Below are positions 47,550 through 55,456 of a DNA stretch of 64,000 bases, one piece after another (position 1 is the stretch's first letter; every line of letters begins with the position of its first letter). Made by a program: the position numbers and the translations under genes. The notes under the pieces are model-generated. The model was given only the letters and a program-made list of their open reading frames with translations. It was not told the origin of the DNA and did no database searches. Location: assembly GCA_964551605.1 (NCBI GenBank), contig CAZKCV010000003.1, positions 15,474-79,473 of the forward strand, written 5' to 3'. Source of the stretch: an uncultured Gammaproteobacteria bacterium (GTDB lineage: Bacteria; Patescibacteriota; Microgenomatia; Daviesbacterales; UBA10151).

Positions 47550-48860
47550 TTGTTGCCTTACTTCAATAGAAATCCGCTGGATTTCCCTGTCTGTTAATAT
47601 CAGTTTTTTGATTTTATCCCGGCCGTGCATAACTGTAGTGTGATCTCTGCCGCCTAACAGTTCTCCGATTTTTTCCACAGTCATGTTTAACTGGTCGGAT
47701 AAAATGTGCATAACTAAATGTCTTGGCAAAACTAACTCTTTGACTCTTTTAGGCCCGGTTAAGTCAGTATGCTTGACCTTAAAGTAGTCACAAACTACAT
47801 TAATCACCTGCTTGGGGGAAAGAGCTTTCAATTCACTTTCGCTTCGTCCTCCCAGCAAAGATCGGACATTTTCCACAGTTGGCTCCATGCCCTTGGTTTT
47901 TAAAGATTGCAGTACCTGGATTAATTTTCCCTCCAGGTCCCTGGCGTTTGTTTCAACTGAAGCTGCCACTAAATTTAAACAATTTTCTTCCAGGAGAAAA
48001 TTTTGTTCCTTGCATTTATTTTTTAATATGGCTACCCGGGTGTCAAAATCCGGAGCTTGGATGTCGACCATTAGCCCGCCCTGGAAGCGGCTTTTTAAGC
48101 GGTCTTCCAGTTTGGCGATTTCATAAGGGGGCCGGTCCGAGGTGATGACAATCTGGGAATTCCTGGCGGATAATTCATTAAAGGTGTGGAAAAACTCTTC
48201 CTGGGTGCCTTCCCGGCCGGAGAAAAACTGGATGTCATCAATCAGCAAAATATTAACGCCCCGGTAGCGGTTCCTAAATCTGCCAAACTGCTTGGTCTGT
48301 AGCGCTTCCACATAGTCGTTGGTAAATTTTTCAGAAGAGCAATAATTGACTTTGAAGTGAGGATGCTTTTTAAGTATGGCATTGCCAATGCCTAACATCA
48401 GGTGAGTTTTTCCTACGCCGGTTCCCCCGTAGACAAAAAGCGGATTGTAGGATGTGCCGGGATTTTGGGCTACAGCTTGGGCAGCCGCAAAAGCTACGTT
48501 ATTGGTGGGTCCCACCACAAAATTTTCCAGGGTATATTTCGGGTTAAGGTCAGAGGTGACAGCAGTTTGAACAGGCTGGAAGAAATCCTGCTCCTCAGCC
48601 GGAGGTGCTGTTTCATGTTCCTTGATGATGAATGTAACTTGTACCTTATTGCCCAGCAGGTTTTCAAAAGCCTGTTCAATCAAGGCCTTAAATTTTTGAT
48701 CCAGGTTTTCTTTAATGAAGGCTGAAGGAGCAGATAAAACAATCAGCCCCCCATTAGCTGATTTTAAAAGGGTTTTCAAAAAGTAGGCTTTAAAGTTGTC
48801 AGGCCCGACTTGGGGTTTAATGGTTTGCAAAAATTTATGCCAGAGGCGGAGATTGTCCAT
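47535..48860 (-). CDS. dnaA: Chromosomal replication initiator
   Basis: YNPLFVYGGTGVGKTHL, LLIDDIQF, GGRDHTTV. Confidence 0.98.
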   Translation of the reverse strand: MDNLRLWHKFLQTIKPQVGPDNFKAYFLKTLLKSANGGLIVLSAPSAFIKENLDQKFKALIEQAFENLLGNKVQVTFIIKEHETAPPAEEQDFFQPVQTAVTSDLNPKYTLENFVVGPTNNVAFAAAQAVAQNPGTSYNPLFVYGGTGVGKTHLMLGIGNAILKKHPHFKVNYCSSEKFTNDYVEALQTKQFGRFRNRYRGVNILLIDDIQFFSGREGTQEEFFHTFNELSARNSQIVITSDRPPYEIAKLEDRLKSRFQGGLMVDIQAPDFDTRVAILKNKCKEQNFLLEENCLNLVAASVETNARDLEGKLIQVLQSLKTKGMEPTVENVRSLLGGRSESELKALSPKQVINVVCDYFKVKHTDLTGPKRVKELVLPRHLVMHILSDQLNMTVEKIGELLGGRDHTTVMHGRDKIKKLILTDREIQRISIEVRQQLSTG

Positions 48861-48878
48861 GTTGATAAGTTATCCACA
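48860..48878. promoter_or_regulatory. DnaA boxes at dnaA start (autoregulation)
   Basis: TGTTGATAA 48860-68 and TTATCCACA 48870-78. Confidence 0.75.
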
Positions 48879-48946
48879 ATTTATTCTACCAGGCTTTGAT
48901 TGGCAATATAGAGAAACTATTAAAAACTAGATCATTTTTGGAGTTA

Positions 48947-49291
48947 TTAGATCAGCTCTAAGCCTGCTACTGAATAGACGGTAGTAAAATACCGCTTTCT
49001 CTTTTTCAGGCGGTTGATAGATTCAATGGCTTTATCCATATGAACAAGGATATCATTGGGTTCTGTGTAAGGAAAATCAAAAACCACTACGTTAAATAGT
49101 CTCCCGCCTTCTTTTTTAAGAAAATCTTTATCAAAGGTGAATATAATGCGGTTTTCCTGAACAGCCAGTTTTTTGATACTTAAATCGGAAATTGTTTTGG
49201 CTGATCGTTGGATTCGCTTGACATCATGATGTTTCTTTTGGAGATAAGAAATGAGTGTTGGAGGAAAATTTTCGTCAGCGAGTAATTTCAT
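48947..49291 (-). CDS. DUF5615 PIN-like toxin
   Basis: MKLLADENFP...RIIFTFDKDF; start ATG 49291. Confidence 0.85.
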   Translation of the reverse strand: MKLLADENFPPTLISYLQKKHHDVKRIQRSAKTISDLSIKKLAVQENRIIFTFDKDFLKKEGGRLFNVVVFDFPYTEPNDILVHMDKAIESINRLKKRKRYFTTVYSVAGLELI

Positions 49292-49541
49292 GCAAGGTAG
49301 TTGCGAAGGCCTCGTTATTTTTGATCCTACGGGGGTTTGTCTTGGCAACTAAGCGGGTTGCATATTCTATGGCGGCAATGACTTCAGATTTTTTAAGCTC
49401 GGGGTATTCCGCAGTAATTTCTTTGACACTCATGTCGGCTCCCAGAAAATTCATAATAAGCTCCACAGAAATCCTTGTCCCCGCTATAATTGGTTTCCCG
49501 CCCAGGATCTTTGGATTTGAAACAATTATTGCTTTTGCCAT
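49275..49541 (-). CDS. DUF433 antitoxin
   Basis: NPKILGGKPIIAGTRISV...EYPEL. Confidence 0.9.
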   Translation of the reverse strand: MAKAIIVSNPKILGGKPIIAGTRISVELIMNFLGADMSVKEITAEYPELKKSEVIAAIEYATRLVAKTNPRRIKNNEAFATTLHEITR

Positions 49542-49578
49542 ACCCGTATTATACTACAAGAGGGAAGAATCTTTTGAC

Positions 49579-50424
49579 TTAATTTCTAAGCCAATTAATG
49601 CCTAATGTATAAAGGATATTGGCTGAACGCCAAGATCTGTCAAGTTGGGGCGGCGTGTTAACAGGATCGTCTATAGTTTCTGGGTGGAATAATCTGGAAG
49701 CTATTTCTTCCGGGTTAATACTTGAGGGTGCTACAAGTTTATCAGCCGGTTGTTGACGGGAGAATTTTTCTACGGTTACCCATTGCGGATCAAATGAAAG
49801 GAGGTAGCTATAATGGCGGTTTATTCTAATACGGACAGCACCTTTTTCTTTCAGAGTTGCCAGGCTACCAGCCATTTGTAAAAGGTTTGGCCATCCTTCA
49901 AAGCGCCCGGCTGGAGTGCGATCGTTAGCCAGAGGGTCGACTTCTTTCAAAGAACCAGTGCCGTCATATCGCAGAGCTAGATGATGCCCGTAGATTGATG
50001 CACCCAAGCATGTTGGACTATGTTGTTCTCGGTAGCGTTGCCAAAACGCAAGATGGATCATGTCCCGGCTCCTGGGGTTTAGACGAGTATCTTTAGGTGG
50101 TTCGCCCCAGAGGGTAAGTTCTACGGGATGGCATTGGCCTCGGGAGATTATAAATTGGGCTTCGGCCAGCTCTCTGAACTCAGGAGATTTATTATTGGGA
50201 ACGAGTCCAAAATAGGTTCTGGTAACAGTAATTGCAGGAATGGGTTTTGGCCAAACATGTTTAGTTATAACCAGTAATTGTTCAGGGTCTGTCTTAGCTA
50301 CTCTTCCGAATAACTGACGGTTTCTTCTTAAGCCACTGACATGAGCCAAGAAAGCTTCTTGGGTATGCAATGGAAGTGCATCTTCCATGTAAACAGGTTG
50401 AGTTGTTGGTGACTCGATCCGCAT
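49579..50424 (-). CDS. Hypothetical protein
   Basis: 281-aa ORF between the TA pair and rpmH; no family recognised. Confidence 0.65.
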   Translation of the reverse strand: MRIESPTTQPVYMEDALPLHTQEAFLAHVSGLRRNRQLFGRVAKTDPEQLLVITKHVWPKPIPAITVTRTYFGLVPNNKSPEFRELAEAQFIISRGQCHPVELTLWGEPPKDTRLNPRSRDMIHLAFWQRYREQHSPTCLGASIYGHHLALRYDGTGSLKEVDPLANDRTPAGRFEGWPNLLQMAGSLATLKEKGAVRIRINRHYSYLLSFDPQWVTVEKFSRQQPADKLVAPSSINPEEIASRLFHPETIDDPVNTPPQLDRSWRSANILYTLGINWLRN

Positions 50425-50496
50425 AAGTAGTATATTATAGAAGATTGCTCTGGTGGATTCAAATCAGGTGTGCTAAAATACTAACCAGATAAAAAT

Positions 50497-50634
50497 ATGC
50501 CAAAGAGGACTTATCAACCAAAGAAATTAAAGAGGATCAGGAAGCACGGTTATCGGGCCCGGGCGGCCACTTCCGGCGGGCGCAGGGTTTTAAAAAGAAG
50601 AAGGGCTACGGGTAGAGCGCGCCTCACAATTTAA
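50497..50634 (+). CDS. rpmH: 50S ribosomal protein L34 (missing from ORF track)
   Basis: [45 protein letters not shown]. Confidence 0.96.
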   Translation: MPKRTYQPKKLKRIRKHGYRARAATSGGRRVLKRRRATGRARLTI

Positions 50635-50972
50635 TGCTTCCTAAATCCCAACGCTTAAACTTAAAAAAAGATTTCAAATGGGTAGCTGGTGGCAAAAAGC
50701 TGGAGACTGCCTATTTGAAGCTTTTTATTAAAATGGGAGATAACCGGCAGCCCCGAATTGGCATAGCAGTCTCTTCCCGGATCTTTAAGAATGCTACAGA
50801 GAGAAACCGGGCCAAACGAGTAGTTTCAGCAGCATGGGAAGTTCTTTATTCAAATCTACCCGATACTATTAACATAGTGGCCCTTCCCAAAGCCGGGGTA
50901 ATTAAGGTAAAATCAGGTGATCTGCTTTTAGATTTGGAAGCAGCTTTAAAAAATGCAAAGATTATTAATTAG
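50634..50972 (+). CDS. rnpA: RNase P protein component
   Basis: [17 protein letters not shown]; synteny. Confidence 0.92.
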   Translation: MLPKSQRLNLKKDFKWVAGGKKLETAYLKLFIKMGDNRQPRIGIAVSSRIFKNATERNRAKRVVSAAWEVLYSNLPDTINIVALPKAGVIKVKSGDLLLDLEAALKNAKIIN

Positions 50973-51153
50973 TTTAATTAGTTTTTACCAAACCTTTCTG
51001 TCATTTGATAAAGGAGTGCTGGCGGTATTTGCGCCGGGCGGAGCATGCAGGTATAATCCAACCTGCTCTGAGTATGCTAAGCAGCAGGTCAGGAAGTTTG
51101 GGGTCCTCAGGGGAATTTGGTTTGGCTTAAAAAGAATTTGGAGTTGTAGATGA
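50953..51153 (+). CDS. yidD: Membrane protein insertion efficiency factor
   Basis: [11 protein letters not shown]...RIWSC. Confidence 0.92.
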   Translation: MQRLLISLISFYQTFLSFDKGVLAVFAPGGACRYNPTCSEYAKQQVRKFGVLRGIWFGLKRIWSCR

Positions 51154-51992
51154 GCGGAATAACAGCTATTTTTGACTTATTATTTTTCGGACCGATTATT
51201 AATATTTTAGTCTTAATTTATCAGGGTCTTTCCTCCCTGAATATCCCGGGTGCGCTAGGTTTTTCCATAATAGCTTTAACTCTGGCGATAAGAATCCTGG
51301 TTTGGCCATTTATGAGCTCACAGATTAAAGCTACCAAAAAGATGGCTGACTTAAAGCCACACCTGGATGAATTGAAACGAAAGCATACCGGCGATAAAAA
51401 GGCTTTAGCTGCTGCCCAAATGGCTTTATATAAGGAGCACGGAGTAAATCCGGCCGGTGGTTGTTTGCCGGCCCTAATTCAGCTGCCGGTATTTTTTGCT
51501 TTATATCAGGCTATTATTAATATTTTACCGGGAACAGGTGGAAATCTAAACCGAATAAATGACTTGTTGTACTTTCCTCAGCTTAAACTACCTTCCACTA
51601 TTGACCCGAATTTTTTTGGGCTTAATTTAGGGCTAAAGCCGGCTGATTTCGGCAAGTATGGGGTGTTTCTTTTGTTGGTACCGGTGGTGACTGCCCTTTT
51701 GACCTTTGTACAATCTAAGATGACCTTGCCAAAACCAATTAAACATTACCCTTCTGATTCACCTAAGGAAGCAAAAGAAAAGGAAGGCTTAGAAGAAAGC
51801 ATGGGAGCAGTCCAATCCCAAATGGTTTACCTGATGCCGATTATGATCGGTTATTTTGCCTTTTCTTTTCCGATCGGGCTTGCAATTTATTGGAATACCT
51901 ATACAATATTGGGCATTACTCAACAGTACCGGATGGCCGGCTGGGGTGGTTTGGAGAGTCTAGTGGCTAGAGTCAAGAGTCTAGGCAAATAA
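51150..51992 (+). CDS. yidC: Membrane protein insertase
   Basis: [28 protein letters not shown]. Confidence 0.95.
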   Translation: MSGITAIFDLLFFGPIINILVLIYQGLSSLNIPGALGFSIIALTLAIRILVWPFMSSQIKATKKMADLKPHLDELKRKHTGDKKALAAAQMALYKEHGVNPAGGCLPALIQLPVFFALYQAIINILPGTGGNLNRINDLLYFPQLKLPSTIDPNFFGLNLGLKPADFGKYGVFLLLVPVVTALLTFVQSKMTLPKPIKHYPSDSPKEAKEKEGLEESMGAVQSQMVYLMPIMIGYFAFSFPIGLAIYWNTYTILGITQQYRMAGWGGLESLVARVKSLGK

Positions 51993-52011
51993 ATCTAGAC
52001 TCTAGCCACTA
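51955..52011. repeat. 7-bp-periodic palindrome (AGAGTCT family) over the yidC stop
   Basis: agagtct agtggct agagtca agagtct; perfect 14-bp IR 51961-74 / 51998-52011. Confidence 0.82.
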
Positions 52012-52017
52012 AAAATT

Positions 52018-52518
52018 ATGGAAAATCAATTAAGCGATGTATTGGATAATGTGCTGGGTTTGTTGCTCCTTGAGGGTAGCTACGATATTGAAGAGGGAGA
52101 GGAAGGTTTTTCTGTTTCCATCGAAACCCAAGATGCCGGTAGGTTAATCGGAGCCAGAGGCGAATCGCTGGATGCGTTGCAGCTTTTAGTTAACCAAATG
52201 GTAGCCAGAAAAGTCGGAGAAGAGGGTTTTAAAAGGGTGGTTATAGATGTGGAAGGCTGGAGAAAGCAGAAAGAGGAGGAGTTGGTAAAAAGCGCGGAAA
52301 GCTGGGGTAAACAGGTTTTGGAAACAAAAAAAGAAATTGAGCTTGAGCCGATGTCATCCTGGCAAAGAAGAATTGTACATATGACGATTTCCGAGATGGA
52401 AGGGGTGGAATCTGAGAGTTTGGGAGAAGGAAGAGACAGGCATATTGTAATAAAACTCAAAGATCAAAAGTCAAAGGTCAAAAGTGAAGAGCAAGATGTC
52501 AAAACTCAAGAGAGTTGA
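52018..52518 (+). CDS. jag: Jag/KhpB KH-R3H RNA-binding protein
   Basis: GRLIGARGESLDALQ, PMSSWQRRIVH, SLGEGRDRHI. Confidence 0.9.
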   Translation: MENQLSDVLDNVLGLLLLEGSYDIEEGEEGFSVSIETQDAGRLIGARGESLDALQLLVNQMVARKVGEEGFKRVVIDVEGWRKQKEEELVKSAESWGKQVLETKKEIELEPMSSWQRRIVHMTISEMEGVESESLGEGRDRHIVIKLKDQKSKVKSEEQDVKTQES

Positions 52519-53773
52519 GAGCGTTCTCCTTTTTTTAATCCTGCTTTTTCTTCCCACGCAGTTAGGTAAGCATTTTTGGCCGCAGTTTGCGTATATTTAT
52601 TCCCTTAAAATAGATTATTTATCTCCCGCCATTTATTTCTGGGATTTCTTAGTAGCAGGGTTGGTAATTGTTTGGCTTGTAGGCAGGCCGGCGATTAACA
52701 GGTTAGCCCTAAATTTATTTTTACTTTTTCTGTTTACACAGATTGTATCTTTACCTGGTGCTTTGAATATAGAAGCGGGATTGGTTAGGCTGGAACAATA
52801 TTTATTGGCAGGTTTGTTTGGAGTTTTTTTAGCCTCCCAGGATATGAAAAATTTATCTAAGAAGATATACCTCCCGTTTGTCATAGGTTTGCTGGGTGAA
52901 GCTGCATTAGCAATTTTACAATTTATAAAAGGCGGTACCTTAGGGTTGTGGATTCTAGGAGAGAGGACTTTTAATCTTTCTACACCGGGAATTGCCAAGT
53001 TTGATTTTTATGGTCATCAGTTTTTGCGGCCTTACGGCACTTTCCCGCATCCGAATGTGCTGGCAGGATTTATTATTCTTTCGATTGTCATCCTGAGGCG
53101 ATTAGTCCCGATTTTATCGGGATCCCGATCTATCGGGGCCGAAGGATCTAATTATATTCTTCTCCGGCAGAGCCGGATCAGAATGACAGTTCTGGATTTC
53201 ATTAGTCTTTTTGCCGGCCTCACTATTTTTCTGACTATGTCACGTACAGTCATTCTGGCAGGAGTAATAACGCTTCTTTTAACTGTGAAAAGACGATGGT
53301 TTGTCTGGATAATGCTGATCTTGCTAGTTATGTCCCCCATTTTGTTTACCAGGTTTTCCAGCCTTTTTAGCTTTGATAATCTAACTTTACTCAGAAGGGA
53401 AGAACAAATCAGTACTGCTTGGCAAATATTTCAAAACCGGCCGATTTTTGGGGTAGGTTTAAATAATTTTATTCCCACCATTGCAACTGATTTAACAGTC
53501 GGCCCCAGCCGCTTTTTGCAGCCGGTCCATAATATTTTCCTGTTAGCTTTATCAGAAACTGGTTTGGTTGGCCTGAGCGGGTTAATTATTCTTATTGGGT
53601 TTCCTATCTTAAAAATTATTAAACTAAACCCTTTCCGCTTCACGCTTTACCCTGTCCTGCCCTGGTTAATAATTCTGTTTCTGGGAATGTTTGACCACTA
53701 CTTTTTAACTTTGCCCCAGGGTTATCGAATGCTTTTCTTGGTATGGGGTCTGTCTTTGGCCATGTTAAAATGA
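52496..53773 (+). CDS. O-antigen ligase family membrane protein
   Basis: RPYGTFPHPNVLAG, PIFGVGLNNF, PVHNIFLLALSETG. Confidence 0.85.
   Translation: MSKLKRVESVLLFLILLFLPTQLGKHFWPQFAYIYSLKIDYLSPAIYFWDFLVAGLVIVWLVGRPAINRLALNLFLLFLFTQIVSLPGALNIEAGLVRLEQYLLAGLFGVFLASQDMKNLSKKIYLPFVIGLLGEAALAILQFIKGGTLGLWILGERTFNLSTPGIAKFDFYGHQFLRPYGTFPHPNVLAGFIILSIVILRRLVPILSGSRSIGAEGSNYILLRQSRIRMTVLDFISLFAGLTIFLTMSRTVILAGVITLLLTVKRRWFVWIMLILLVMSPILFTRFSSLFSFDNLTLLRREEQISTAWQIFQNRPIFGVGLNNFIPTIATDLTVGPSRFLQPVHNIFLLALSETGLVGLSGLIILIGFPILKIIKLNPFRFTLYPVLPWLIILFLGMFDHYFLTLPQGYRMLFLVWGLSLAMLK
53086..53188. repeat. REP/MITE-like palindromic element inserted in frame
   Basis: Terminal IR TGTCATCCTGA / TCAGAATGACA with nested hairpins tcccgattttatcggga and cccgatctatcggg. 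Confidence 0.8.
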
Positions 53774-53777
53774 CTTG

Positions 53778-54986
53778 GTGAAGCCTTTCGTAAAAATTTT
53801 GGAGCAATCGTCCTGGCAGGTTTTAGGCAAAGTTGTCACCGCTTTTTCCACTTTTGTGATTTTAGGCCTGGTTACGAGAAATTATGGTCAATCAGGAACC
53901 GGAACCTTTACTCTGGCTTTAACTTATGTGGCCATATTTTATCTGTTGGCTGATTTTGGGTTCAATGCACATATTCTGAGAAGAATTAAGAGTCTAGAGT
54001 CTGGAGTCAAGGAATGGAATAAATTACTGGGAACAAGATTGGTTTGGTCAGGAATTTTAGTAGTCGTGGCAGTCGGGTTGTTGCCTTTTTGGCCATTTAG
54101 CACGCCCGAGTTTATGGAGGCGGTGGTATTTGGCAGTTTAGCAATCATAGCTTCTGCAGTGTTTGTGACCGCTAATTTAATCTTCCAGGGAAAACTGCGC
54201 TATAATCTGTCAGTTGTTGCCACCATTATCGGTACCCTGGTTGGTTTAGTAGTTTTTGCGCTTTTAGCTTCTTCCCGCTTCCCCATTTCGTTTTTGATGC
54301 TGGCTCATTTAATTAGCTGGTGTATTATGGCCCTGGCTGCGCTTGTATTAATACGAAAATTATTTTCTGATATTGCTCCGATATACGATATACGATATAC
54401 CATAAACCTGTTCCGGCAGTCCTGGCCGGTAGCAGCTACTTTGGCCCTGAACGTAATTTATTTCCGGGCTGATGCTTTTATGATTGCTTATTTTAAGTCT
54501 GCTGCGGATGTGGGTATTTATAATGTGGCTTACTCTGTTTTTCAGTCTGCTCTGGTCCTGCCAACTTTTATTATGAACTCTTATTATCCGATGATGCTTA
54601 AATCTTTTAGCGGCATTAAAGTGGTTCTCCTAAGCTTACTGGGGTTATCACTAACTGGTTTGGTGATGACTTTTGTTTTGGCACCGCTGGTGATTGATGT
54701 CCTCACCGGAGGCGGCTTTAGTGGTTCTGCAGTTTCATTGCGAATTTTATCCTTAGGTTTCCCGGCCTATTTTTTATCTTCCTTGTTGATGTGGGTTTTA
54801 ATTGCCAAGGGTAATTATAAGCAAATGCTTTTACTTTACATGTTGGGGTTGATTGTTAACCTAGCCTTAAATCTAATCTATATTCCGCAGTATTCATATT
54901 TGGCAGCTTCGTGGATAACGGTAATTTCAGAATACCTGATTTTAGTGCTACAAGTTATGGTATTATGGTGGAAACTTAAGCGATGA
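53778..54986 (+). CDS. Polysaccharide flippase (Wzx/MOP family)
   Basis: LADFGFN, IYFRADAFMI, VGIYNVAY, many TMs. Confidence 0.87.
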   Translation: MKPFVKILEQSSWQVLGKVVTAFSTFVILGLVTRNYGQSGTGTFTLALTYVAIFYLLADFGFNAHILRRIKSLESGVKEWNKLLGTRLVWSGILVVVAVGLLPFWPFSTPEFMEAVVFGSLAIIASAVFVTANLIFQGKLRYNLSVVATIIGTLVGLVVFALLASSRFPISFLMLAHLISWCIMALAALVLIRKLFSDIAPIYDIRYTINLFRQSWPVAATLALNVIYFRADAFMIAYFKSAADVGIYNVAYSVFQSALVLPTFIMNSYYPMMLKSFSGIKVVLLSLLGLSLTGLVMTFVLAPLVIDVLTGGGFSGSAVSLRILSLGFPAYFLSSLLMWVLIAKGNYKQMLLLYMLGLIVNLALNLIYIPQYSYLAASWITVISEYLILVLQVMVLWWKLKR

Positions 54987-55396
54987 AACTGATTATTTAT
55001 ACAGATGGAGCTTCGCGCGGCAATCCCGGCCCGGCCAGTTATGGTTTCACTATTTCTGATGACAAGGGAGGTTTACTCTATAGAGAAGGTAAGTATATTG
55101 GTTTTACCACCAATAATGTAGCTGAATATACGGCTGTTTATCAGGCGCTAAAATATATTAAGGAGAAATTTGGCGGTGAGGATCTAAAAATTGAATTATA
55201 TGCAGATTCAAAATTAGTAGTTGAGCAATTGGCCGGCCGGTTTAAGATAAAAAGCGCTCACTTAAAGCCGCTGATTGAGAAAATTAAAATTTTAACTCCG
55301 GAACTGGGTGGAATAATCCATATTCACGTACCCAGATCTCAAAATACAGAAGCAGATAGGTTAGCCAACCTGGCCTTAGATTCCCGCGGCCCTTAG
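54983..55396 (+). CDS. rnhA: Ribonuclease HI family protein
   Basis: YTDGASRGNPG, TNNVAEY, DSKLVV, NTEADRLAN. Confidence 0.92.
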   Translation: MKLIIYTDGASRGNPGPASYGFTISDDKGGLLYREGKYIGFTTNNVAEYTAVYQALKYIKEKFGGEDLKIELYADSKLVVEQLAGRFKIKSAHLKPLIEKIKILTPELGGIIHIHVPRSQNTEADRLANLALDSRGP

Positions 55397-55456
55397 TTAT
55401 ACTCCGATACGTTTGATCACTCTTGCAATTTATGATTATCATGCTACGATTTACGC

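Noticed and set aside
13403-54400. CRISPR array
   Set aside because: Repeats are 7-9-bp tandem units without unique spacers; no cas genes
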